Source: a virus (taxonomy: Duplodnaviria; Caudoviricetes). Taken from it: a stretch of DNA of 31,781 nucleotides. This document shows positions 1 to 7,166 of the stretch, piece after piece. Location: positions 1-31,781 of the IMG/VR virus record IMGVR_UViG_3300025318_000032, one strand, 5' to 3'. The position numbers and the translations under genes were made by a program. Under the pieces are notes generated by a model, which did no database searches, was not told the DNA's origin, and saw only the letters and a program-made list of their open reading frames with translations. The first letter of the stretch is position 1, and each line of letters begins with the position of its first letter.

Positions 1-25
1 CGTAGGCAATAAGCCCCGCTACAAC

Positions 26-571
26 GTGGTCGTCATTGCCCTGATCGTAGCGGGGCTTATTGCCTACGCCAAGTATGCTCCCGATTCGATGAAACCGTGG
101 ACGAACGCGCCGCAACCAGCAAGCCAGCCGAAGGACCCGGCGGCGAATGTGGAAAGGGTAGAGGTGCCGGGGCCGGTAAAGGTGACCGTCATCCCAAAAA
201 AGAAATACACCGAAAAGTTACCTGATGTTCTCACCCCGGCCACGGTACAGGACAATTCCGCGCAGGTCATCGCGTCGGCCACCATCCCCCCCTCCCCGGC
301 GGGCGGTACCGCGTCCGCCATCCTCCGTACCGTGGACGGGGTAGGCGTGGGATCGATCGAGTACCGGGCGGCAACGCCGAGGTTCTTCGCGGTGCAAAAG
401 GAGTTCGGTGTCCGTGCGGGCATGGGGACCGGGGGGCTGGTGGTGGGCGAGGTCTATGCTCGCCCGTTGAGAATTGGTCCCGTCAATATCGAAATAAGAG
501 GTTACGGCAAGCGGGACGATAGGAGCGGGGCAGATTTCGGGGGAATTGTTTTAATTGATTATAGGTTTTAG
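26..571 (+). CDS. Phage late-operon membrane protein (N-terminal TM helix, Pro-rich linker, beta-rich C-terminus); may start upstream of the window
   Basis: Hydrophobic VVIALIVAGLIAYA; ends ...GGIVLIDYRF; frame is open from nt 2. Confidence 0.6.
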   Translation: MVVIALIVAGLIAYAKYAPDSMKPWTNAPQPASQPKDPAANVERVEVPGPVKVTVIPKKKYTEKLPDVLTPATVQDNSAQVIASATIPPSPAGGTASAILRTVDGVGVGSIEYRAATPRFFAVQKEFGVRAGMGTGGLVVGEVYARPLRIGPVNIEIRGYGKRDDRSGADFGGIVLIDYRF

Positions 572-694
572 GTATAATAAATCGGGAGGGAAATTTTATA
601 GATACTTGATATCAAATGGATATCCCCAGAAATGCACTTTTAATGAGGCGACGAAAAAACGCAAGTAATTGAAATCATTGAAGGGGGCATCGGA

Positions 695-1024
695 TTGCAA
701 TCTTACACTGGCCCCGAGCGGCGCGATTTGTCCTACCATCCTCCACGGAAGATGGTGCTTACTGATGCCGATGTCGCCGCGATCGCCGTGGAGGTGAAGA
801 AGCATCATGTCTGCCGGTACGACATCGAGCCGAAGGACATGGCCAGCCTGTTGGATTTCGTCAGATCGTTTCAGGAAGGAGCGATCGAGACGCGGCGCAC
901 GTTCCGCACTGCTGCCATCCGGATGATCGTATGGGGTACAATCGCCGGATTCATCGCGCTGCTGGAGGTCAAATTCCGGTGGATACGCCCCCTGCTTCGG
1001 TTCATCACAGGGGCGCCGGGATAA
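695..1024 (+). CDS. Small membrane protein, holin/lysis-like by position
   Basis: 109 aa, C-terminal TM (IRMIVWGTIAGFIALL), GAAGGGGG RBS before TTG, last gene of the rightward operon. Confidence 0.5.
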   Translation: MQSYTGPERRDLSYHPPRKMVLTDADVAAIAVEVKKHHVCRYDIEPKDMASLLDFVRSFQEGAIETRRTFRTAAIRMIVWGTIAGFIALLEVKFRWIRPLLRFITGAPG

Positions 1025-1035
1025 CTGTCAACTCT

Positions 1036-1065
1036 CCCTCCCGCATTGTCAAACGGGCGGGAGGG
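1036..1065. terminator. GC-rich hairpin at the end of the late operon
   Basis: CCCTCCCGC (1036-1044) pairs with GCGGGAGGG (1057-1065); weak U-tract. Confidence 0.4.
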
Positions 1066-1080
1066 GTTGTCAACTTCCTC

Positions 1081-1106
1081 CTTCCCCTAGTAGTGGGTCA
1101 GTTTGA
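1081..1106 (+). repeat. Left target-site duplication and terminal inverted repeat
   Basis: CTTCCCCT then A-GTAGTGGGTCAGTTTGA. Confidence 0.9.
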
Positions 1107-1154
1107 TTTGCCGGGCCGTTGACTATGCTTGACCGCTAATGCTATCCTTGATGC

Positions 1155-1403
1155 ATGACAACCCCAAAGAAGAGGCGACCCCGCGATATCTCCCAACTTG
1201 CCGCGTCGATTGTGGCGGATGCCACGAGCGAAGAGAAGCCAATATCTGAACCGACGAAGAAGAATCCCGCAGCCGTTGCCCTCGGACGATTAGGCGGACT
1301 AAAAGGCGGAAAGGCCCGAGCGGCCAAGCTATCCGCGAAGAAGCGGAAGGAGATCGCCAAGAAGGCGGCGCAGACACGTTGGGCGAAAACGACCAAGAAG
1401 TAA
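1155..1403 (+). CDS. Small basic 'histone H1-like' protein of the type associated with IS1/IS1595-like elements
   Basis: RPRDISQLA...KNPAAVALGRLGGLKGGKARAAKLS..KRKEIAKKAAQTRW motif; K/R/A-rich. Confidence 0.8.
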   Translation: MTTPKKRRPRDISQLAASIVADATSEEKPISEPTKKNPAAVALGRLGGLKGGKARAAKLSAKKRKEIAKKAAQTRWAKTTKK

Positions 1404-1453
1404 TTTCCTAAACCTAATCTCCCTACTCTTCCCAAGCCGGTGCCCTCCTGATC

Positions 1454-1633
1454 CTAATTCTGAATAATGTCCTCCCGCCGGAACCCTATCGGCATTGGCG
1501 CTTCTTTTCCTGACATCAGCAGACCGAAGCTTTCCTCGTTCACCACATAGATGGTTTTATCGGTTTCGCTCCAAACCCGCCGCTCAAGTTGATCTCCCGT
1601 AAAGGATCTGACCACGACGATATCGCCCCTCAT
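1454..1633 (-). CDS. Small hypothetical protein (59 aa), divergent from the DUF5343-like gene
   Basis: MRGDIVVVRSFTG...PIGFRREDI; AGGGGG RBS upstream of ATG 1633. Confidence 0.6.
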   Translation of the reverse strand: MRGDIVVVRSFTGDQLERRVWSETDKTIYVVNEESFGLLMSGKEAPMPIGFRREDIIQN

Positions 1634-1771
1634 GGCGCACCCCCTTTTTTTAGACATTTTAGTCATGCCAAAAAGCAGATTCAAAAAAAGTCGGTAGACG
1701 GCAGATGGGGTATTGACATACGGATTGTGGCATGAGACTCTACCGGTATAAAAAATTGGAGGTAGACGATC

Positions 1772-2491
1772 ATGACGAAGGGCGAAACTGATGGGGGCCG
1801 GAAGCCTGTTCCTCCGTACGTCGCCTACAAATCATTTAAGAACTTCGTGGACGGGCTGCGGGGTCACGGTCTCCCTGGTCGTATTGACCGAAGCGTCATG
1901 GGAAGCCTCTCTGGCGCAACACAAACCAATATACTTCATGCACTGCGTTACTTGAAATTGACAGCAGATGACGGCAAGCCTACGGAGAAATTGACAAATC
2001 TAGTCAAGGCTCAGGGTGAAGAAAAGCAAAAATACTACAATGGTATTGTAAAGGAATCATATGTTTTTCTTTTTTCAGAAAATTTTGATCTTAAAACCGC
2101 TACTTCTAGGCAACTTGATGAGAGGTTTGAAGGGCTAGGTATTTCAGGTGATACAATACGTAAATGCGTTGCTTTCTTTATATCTATAGCAAAGGATGGG
2201 GACATACAACTTTCAAAATATATACAGAAGATACGACGACAAAGGCAACCAGGCGGAACACGCCAGAAAAAGACACATGGTCAACAGGGAAACAACGGCG
2301 CAAAGGGTGGTGAGCAAGAATTTCAGCATAGTGGTGACGAGAAACCACCCGAAGGAATGGTTCGGATACCGATATCTATTGGTATTGGCAAAATATGGAC
2401 TCTTACAATGAATCAAGACTACAACGTGGAGGATGTAGATCGGTTTGTACAAATTGTGCGCATTACATTGGGTCTTGGGGAAAAGAAATAA
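1772..2491 (+). CDS. DUF5343-like putative DNA-binding protein
   Basis: PPYVAYKSFKNF..LPGRIDRSVM..LSGATQ..ALRYLKL N-terminus recalled as DUF5343-like; GGAGG RBS; AT-rich. Confidence 0.65.
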   Translation: MTKGETDGGRKPVPPYVAYKSFKNFVDGLRGHGLPGRIDRSVMGSLSGATQTNILHALRYLKLTADDGKPTEKLTNLVKAQGEEKQKYYNGIVKESYVFLFSENFDLKTATSRQLDERFEGLGISGDTIRKCVAFFISIAKDGDIQLSKYIQKIRRQRQPGGTRQKKTHGQQGNNGAKGGEQEFQHSGDEKPPEGMVRIPISIGIGKIWTLTMNQDYNVEDVDRFVQIVRITLGLGEKK

Positions 2492-2569
2492 TGATTTCCC
2501 CTAGGAAGGAGGATCGGTAATGAAATTATTAGTGACAGGGCATCGCAGGGAGGCCCGTAAAAAACAAAG

Positions 2570-2612
2570 TGGGTGAGACGGAGTAGGCTTGGCGGTCCGC
2601 TCGTCTCACCCA
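2570..2612. ncRNA. Hairpin with UUGGCG loop (+) / CGCCAA loop plus U-tract (-)
   Basis: TGGGTGAGACG (2570-2580) pairs perfectly with CGTCTCACCCA (2602-2612); loop TTGGCG 2589-2594; followed on the minus strand by CTTTGTTTTTT. Confidence 0.65.
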
Positions 2613-2645
2613 TACCCTGCCCCCGTTAGGGGGTCACAACCTGGT

Positions 2646-2729
2646 GCCCGTGTGGTGAAACTGGCAAACACGGCGGTCTTTAAAATCGCTGGCTGGCCGG
2701 CCTTGTGGGTTCGAGTCCCACCACGGGCA
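2646..2729 (+). tRNA. Leu-type class II tRNA with UUA anticodon (putative ochre suppressor)
   Basis: Acceptor GCCCGTG/CACGGGC; D arm GTGAAACTGGCAAACAC; anticodon stem GCGGT/ATCGC with loop CT-TTA-AA; long variable arm; T arm GTGGG-TTCGAGT-CCCAC; discriminator A; CCA not encoded. Confidence 0.8.
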
Positions 2730-2735
2730 CCTTTA

Positions 2736-2765
2736 TTTATAACCCACGGTTGTATCCCGTGTCAA
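2736..2765 (-). promoter_or_regulatory. Sigma70-like promoter reading antisense into the tRNA
   Basis: Minus strand TTGACA (2765-2760), 18 bp, TATAAA (2741-2736). Confidence 0.55.
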
Positions 2766-2807
2766 GATGCATTTCCGCTCAAGCATAGCGGGGGCAGAAA
2801 ATACTTG

Positions 2808-2836
2808 TTGACATTGCTTGACCGCTCAAGCATGAT
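2808..2836 (+). promoter_or_regulatory. Transposase promoter with a palindromic operator in the spacer
   Basis: TTGACA 2808-2813, 17 bp, CATGAT 2831-2836; TGCTTGA-CCGC-TCAAGCA at 2815-2832. Confidence 0.6.
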
Positions 2837-2859
2837 GAATACATCAGGCTTGAGGGGGG

Positions 2860-3699
2860 ATGGAGATGAATAGGCTGAGCACGAAGCAGAGGGCGCAAAT
2901 CGTAGCCGCCTTGGTAGAGGGGAACTCGATCCGCGCCACGTCCCGCATGACGGGCGCGGCCAAGGGCACGGTGCTCAAGCTCCTTGCCGATCTTGGCAAG
3001 GCATGCGCGGAGTACCAGGATAAAACCTTCCACAACCTGAACTGCAAGCGCGTCCAGGTCGATGAGGTATGGAGCTTCTGTTACGCGAAGGGAAGGAATG
3101 TCCCTGAAAAATACGAGGATCAGTTTGGGTTCGGTGACGTATGGACCTTCACGGCGATTTGCGCTGATACGAAACTGGTCCCTTGTTGGAAGATTGGCCG
3201 CCGGACCGCTGAGCATGCTGCTGAGTTCATAAATAACCTCGCTGGAAGACTTGCCCACCGAATCCAACTGACATCAGACGGCTACCGAAAATATGTTGAT
3301 GCCGTGGAAAACTCCTTCTCCGGGAACGTCGATTACGCGATGCTGGTCAAGATGTACGGAAGCGAGAACAGCAATAAAAATCCTGACACCAAATATAGCC
3401 CCGCAGAATGCACAGGAACGCGAGTTGCCAAGATCAACGGAGAACCCGATCCGAAATACATATCGACCAGCTATGTGGAACGGAACAATCTTACCATGCG
3501 GATGAGCATGCGCCGATTCACGCGGCTAACGAATGCTTTCTCGAAAAAGGTGGAGAACCTGAGCCATGCCGTGAGCCTGCATTTCATGTACTACAACTTT
3601 GCGCGAATCCATCAGACGTTGAGGGTTACACCCGCGATGGAAGCGGGGGTATCGGATCACGTGTGGTCGGTGGAGGAGATCGCCTCGTTGCTAAACTGA
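2860..3699 (+). CDS. IS1-family DDE transposase (single ORF)
   Basis: N-terminal HTH (LVEGNSIRATSRMTG); acidic motifs QVDEVW, LTSDG, YVERNNLTMR; RRFTRLTNAFSKK. Confidence 0.9.
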   Translation: MEMNRLSTKQRAQIVAALVEGNSIRATSRMTGAAKGTVLKLLADLGKACAEYQDKTFHNLNCKRVQVDEVWSFCYAKGRNVPEKYEDQFGFGDVWTFTAICADTKLVPCWKIGRRTAEHAAEFINNLAGRLAHRIQLTSDGYRKYVDAVENSFSGNVDYAMLVKMYGSENSNKNPDTKYSPAECTGTRVAKINGEPDPKYISTSYVERNNLTMRMSMRRFTRLTNAFSKKVENLSHAVSLHFMYYNFARIHQTLRVTPAMEAGVSDHVWSVEEIASLLN

Positions 3700-3724
3700 C
3701 AATCAGATACCCCTTTCTCAAATA

Positions 3725-4684
3725 CTATTTCCCTACACGTTGATGCAAGTGGGCATTGCCGGGGTACTGAAACAGTCGCTTCGGAGGTGCTACTTGTCCT
3801 GTAGGATTAATAATTAATGCACTGTCCGTGATTGCAAAAACAGCCCCCTCAGAAGTGATTAATAAACCCCTTAACTTAAGGAAATTCCAATTTATTCTCT
3901 CAATCTGAAATATTGGATTTTGCCTTTCATCGACAATTTCAAAGGCAACTGGATCCCAATTTCTGTCCCATCCGCTGTTTATAACAGCGAAATTACTGGA
4001 TTTAATGACCGCAGCAACCTTTCCGCGACTTTCGTATATTGTTGCGTCGATCTTCATGTCGCCGTCTTTATCGAAATAAACCTTTAGTGGGAGATCGCCA
4101 TCAGCCTTGATCCCGATAAGTCTTTCAAATGGCACCTGCCTTTCCAGGAGTTCTGTTGGGAATGTCCCTTTGTTTGTCCCAAACTCAATCGTAAAACTGT
4201 CAGGCACGGTTCGCTTAAACCCTAGACTTTCAGGTGGTACTTCTCGGAAAGTTAACCCTGTATCAACATCTTTTTGTTTCGATTGCGCGGGAGAAGGAGA
4301 TGTTTTACTCGGGTGTGGAGTCTGTTTAGTTTCTGGCTGTGCCTTCTCGGGTTGCCGTGTTGCTTGCGGCGAAGGAATTTCCGGCAGTGTGGTCACCTCA
4401 TCGGTTAGTTTAGGTCGTTCGGCTTGGGCAGGATGTTTTATAGATTGTTTCCATGCCAATCCTGCGGCGATACATCCTACAACTCCTCCAATAATTACAA
4501 TCGGCCATAATGAAACTTTCATGGCTACATACTCCAAGGTAATCGTTGTGAGGCCATATATTAAAAAAGCGATGGCAAAAATCCCAAGAATTAGTCTCAT
4601 CAGAATAGTCCTTGGGGGGAAAACCGCAAACCATATGGTTGCGCCGATACCAACCGATAAGGTGGCGATTTCGCTTCCTTGCAA
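3725..4684 (-). CDS. Passenger membrane protein (about 3 N-terminal TMs, Pro-rich linker, soluble C-terminal domain)
   Basis: Three hydrophobic stretches; TTG at 4684 behind GGGAG RBS; AT-rich. Confidence 0.7.
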   Translation of the reverse strand: MQGSEIATLSVGIGATIWFAVFPPRTILMRLILGIFAIAFLIYGLTTITLEYVAMKVSLWPIVIIGGVVGCIAAGLAWKQSIKHPAQAERPKLTDEVTTLPEIPSPQATRQPEKAQPETKQTPHPSKTSPSPAQSKQKDVDTGLTFREVPPESLGFKRTVPDSFTIEFGTNKGTFPTELLERQVPFERLIGIKADGDLPLKVYFDKDGDMKIDATIYESRGKVAAVIKSSNFAVINSGWDRNWDPVAFEIVDERQNPIFQIERINWNFLKLRGLLITSEGAVFAITDSALIINPTGQVAPPKRLFQYPGNAHLHQRVGK

Positions 4685-4785
4685 ACCTTTTCTCCCCCAT
4701 ACGAGACCGATCCTAATTCGCGCATCATATCGCGGACACCACGCCAAGTGAACAACCATTGCCTGACCTCTCAAGCACACGCATC

Positions 4786-4811
4786 TCAAACTGACCCACT
4801 ACCCTTCCCCT
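4786..4811 (+). repeat. Right terminal inverted repeat and target-site duplication
   Basis: TCAAACTGACCCACTAC-C then CTTCCCCT. Confidence 0.9.
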
Positions 4812-5016
4812 CGGGCGGGTAGGTTATCGGAATCCGCACAGCCTTCAGCCCCCACGTTTTCACCACAGGACTCTCCCGCTTCCAGTCGGCGATGAACGCA
4901 TCAGCCGCTTTCTTTGTGCGGAACAGGTTGGGGATGTCCACCAGGTTGCAGTCCATCCCGACAAGGTGCCGCTCCTTGCCGATTTGCTCCGATACGGGCC
5001 ACCAGTTATAGGTCAT
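4786..5016 (-). CDS. Phage hypothetical protein; its C-terminus and stop now come from the transposon end
   Basis: ATGA-coupled to the upstream gene; last codons GSGSV* lie in the TIR. Confidence 0.6.
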   Translation of the reverse strand: MTYNWWPVSEQIGKERHLVGMDCNLVDIPNLFRTKKAADAFIADWKRESPVVKTWGLKAVRIPITYPPEGKGSGSV

Positions 5017-5744
5017 CTCCCCTCCTTCAGGTGGGCAGAGACGGCGCGGGAATGTTCATCGAACAAGCCCCTGTCCATTACCGTATACGCTTCGCCTAAC
5101 GCACACCGCCCGATAATGTCCGATATTCCCTCTACGTCCTCCGCACGTTCGGCGAGGGCGCGGAGAAGCTTCAACTCCGCCTCATCCCGCTTGATGATGT
5201 CGAGCAGCCCCTTCTCGTTCTCGGCGATCCCACGGAGGCGGGTAAGTTCGGCGGCGTTGGCGTACAAATCCTCCTGCGCGCAGGCCTGGACACGATGTAC
5301 CTCGGCGCATTTTTCGAAGTAAGCGTCCCGCCACATCACACCCGTCATGGACGGAGACGGCGGTATCCGATAAACGTCTTGCTCGTTGTAACTCATCCCT
5401 CTCTCCGCTTCCTGTCCAGCAATGGTTTCTCGCGCCACTTTTAGTTCCTCTTCGTGTCGGCAGGGGGTTGGGAAATGGCGTACCGAATACCATCGGGAGA
5501 GCGCCAGTTGGATCCGTTCCCTGTGGTTGAAGGTGATGGCGTCAGCCAACTCCTGGCCCGCATCTGCTGCCAAGCACAGTTTATCTCCCTTGGCGGCGAA
5601 GGAGCGAAGGCGGGTGAGTTCCGCGTCTGCGGCGATAAACACTTGCTGCGCCGCCCTGAACTGCTTGTCCTCTATCGGCATCGACAAGTTGCGCTTCGCA
5701 ATATCCAACATGATCGCCCAATCTTTCTTTTCTTCGTCGGTCAT
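5013..5744 (-). CDS. Phage hypothetical coiled-coil protein
   Basis: Start MTDEEKK at 5744 with AAGGAG RBS and ATGA overlap; repeated AELTRLR. Confidence 0.65.
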   Translation of the reverse strand: MTDEEKKDWAIMLDIAKRNLSMPIEDKQFRAAQQVFIAADAELTRLRSFAAKGDKLCLAADAGQELADAITFNHRERIQLALSRWYSVRHFPTPCRHEEELKVARETIAGQEAERGMSYNEQDVYRIPPSPSMTGVMWRDAYFEKCAEVHRVQACAQEDLYANAAELTRLRGIAENEKGLLDIIKRDEAELKLLRALAERAEDVEGISDIIGRCALGEAYTVMDRGLFDEHSRAVSAHLKEGR

Positions 5745-6598
5745 GGCGTCTCCTTTCGTCCATATTTCACCAATGCCATATGCGCCGCATCGACCGTTTC
5801 CCGCCAGTCGTGTCCTCCATGACTCCCTGAGTACCATGACGCATCTGATGACTTCATGAGGTTCACAAGTGCTTCTTCCAATCTCTCCGCCTCTTTCGCG
5901 TGGCGGCAGGGAGAGGAAGAGTAAAGGGCGGCGCGATGGATACACGGCTCGTCCGCATCGCATAAACAACCCATCTTTTCGTGGAGTTCCTCTATCGACC
6001 ACGCCATTCTGCAAACAAGTTTCTCCTTCTCCGCGAGTTGGGCGAGGGCGGAGTCGCGCTGTTGTAAAGATTCGTTGGCTATGCGCTCCCAATCTTTCAC
6101 CACCGCTACCATGTCCGCGCGAAACATCTCCGCTTCCTCGGCACGGGCGAGGGCGGCGCGGATACGATCAAGTTCGGCCATGATTAGCGCGGCGGCGATT
6201 TCAAGGGACCGCTCCCGGTCGTGTTTCTCGCGCTTATCCCAATCGGGATGCCACGGCCACCATTCGCAAGTATTAGCCCACCATAAGTCTACGAATGCGG
6301 GCATCTTGTTCAGCGCGTAGCAGGCCGCCGCTATCGCCAGTTCCCCTTGATCGTGTTGCGAGTCATGTTCCGGCGTCCAACCTTCGACGGACTTCTGCCG
6401 GATGCGCTCAGCGACGGCTCGATCCGCCCCGTATCCCGCCTCCCTGCGCTCCTTCAGTTCCTTCATGATCTCGTCGATGTAATCCCCGAGCACTAAATCT
6501 GCCCCGCACGTTAAGCAGCAACGGTCCTCGTCGCATTTGTCGGCGGGGCCACAATCGGGGCAAATCGCATGATTGTACAATTGTTCTTCCGTCATCAT
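5741..6598 (-). CDS. Conserved phage protein (ERxRQ..EGWTPEHD..GELAxAAACYA..WPW domain) with an N-terminal Cys cluster
   Basis: Motif common in phage early regions; coupled at both ends. Confidence 0.75.
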   Translation of the reverse strand: MMTEEQLYNHAICPDCGPADKCDEDRCCLTCGADLVLGDYIDEIMKELKERREAGYGADRAVAERIRQKSVEGWTPEHDSQHDQGELAIAAACYALNKMPAFVDLWWANTCEWWPWHPDWDKREKHDRERSLEIAAALIMAELDRIRAALARAEEAEMFRADMVAVVKDWERIANESLQQRDSALAQLAEKEKLVCRMAWSIEELHEKMGCLCDADEPCIHRAALYSSSPCRHAKEAERLEEALVNLMKSSDASWYSGSHGGHDWRETVDAAHMALVKYGRKETP

Positions 6599-7161
6599 CT
6601 TCCCTCCTTCAGCGAGCGCAGGGCGGTGCTAAGCGCGTTGTACGATGAGCAATCGTCAGGGCATATATGCTTATTGCCGAAAAGGTATACATCTGCCGCT
6701 TTTGCAACCTCCTTCAAGAGGGCTAGTTTACATTCAGGGCAGTACCATCCGGCCTTTGCGTTGTGGTACATATTACACCCACATTTAGAGCATTCCTTTA
6801 CTCCAGCACAACGCGGGCAATCTATATTTAGCGTGATATTTGCTTCTGGCATGGTTGCCATCCCCTCCCCCTCTCCCCGCGCGCGGGCATCTCTCCAAGC
6901 CAACATGGCCAATCGTGTTTCCTCTGGGTGTTCTTCCCGATATTTTGCCTGCGTTACCCTGGCTTGCTCACGATGCGCCTCGCGGTACGCCGCCATATAT
7001 GCTCGGACTTTCTCCGCGTGCGCCGCCCGATATTTCGCTTTTGCCGCACGGACCTTTTCAGGATTGGCGGCACGCCATGCGGTGTAATTAGCGCGGTCGC
7101 GCTCAGGATGAGAAGCACGCCATGCGGCCTGATATATTCGGTTCTGTTCCTTGCTGTGCAT
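6595..7161 (-). CDS. Protein with HNH-type helical N-terminal repeats and a C-terminal Cys-rich domain
   Basis: WRAANPEKVRA-type repeats; CPRC, CSKC, CPEC. Confidence 0.6.
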   Translation of the reverse strand: MHSKEQNRIYQAAWRASHPERDRANYTAWRAANPEKVRAAKAKYRAAHAEKVRAYMAAYREAHREQARVTQAKYREEHPEETRLAMLAWRDARARGEGEGMATMPEANITLNIDCPRCAGVKECSKCGCNMYHNAKAGWYCPECKLALLKEVAKAADVYLFGNKHICPDDCSSYNALSTALRSLKEGR

Positions 7162-7166
7162 CTAAA

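Larger units (their letters stand above)
1089..4803. mobile_element. IS1-family-like transposon with passenger genes and a tRNA-like gene
   Basis: Perfect 17-bp TIRs GTAGTGGGTCAGTTTGA (1090-1106) / TCAAACTGACCCACTAC (4786-4802); flanking 8-bp direct repeat CTTCCCCT (1081-1088, 4804-4811); DDE transposase inside. Confidence 0.92.

Noticed and set aside
2673-2689. Reading the transposon tRNA as ordinary Leu(UAA)
   Set aside because: Shifting the loop by one base to centre TAA breaks the GCGGT/ATCGC stem; only TTA fits a 5-bp stem with a 7-nt loop
2642-2732. Minus-strand tRNA (it also ends ...CACGGGC-A-CCA)
   Set aside because: D and T arms would be in the wrong order and G-U pairs become A-C mismatches; treated as antisense RNA instead
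5745-6092. N-terminal extension of the 5013-6092 ORF
   Set aside because: Overlaps the 5741-6598 gene; the RBS and ATGA coupling place the start at 5744
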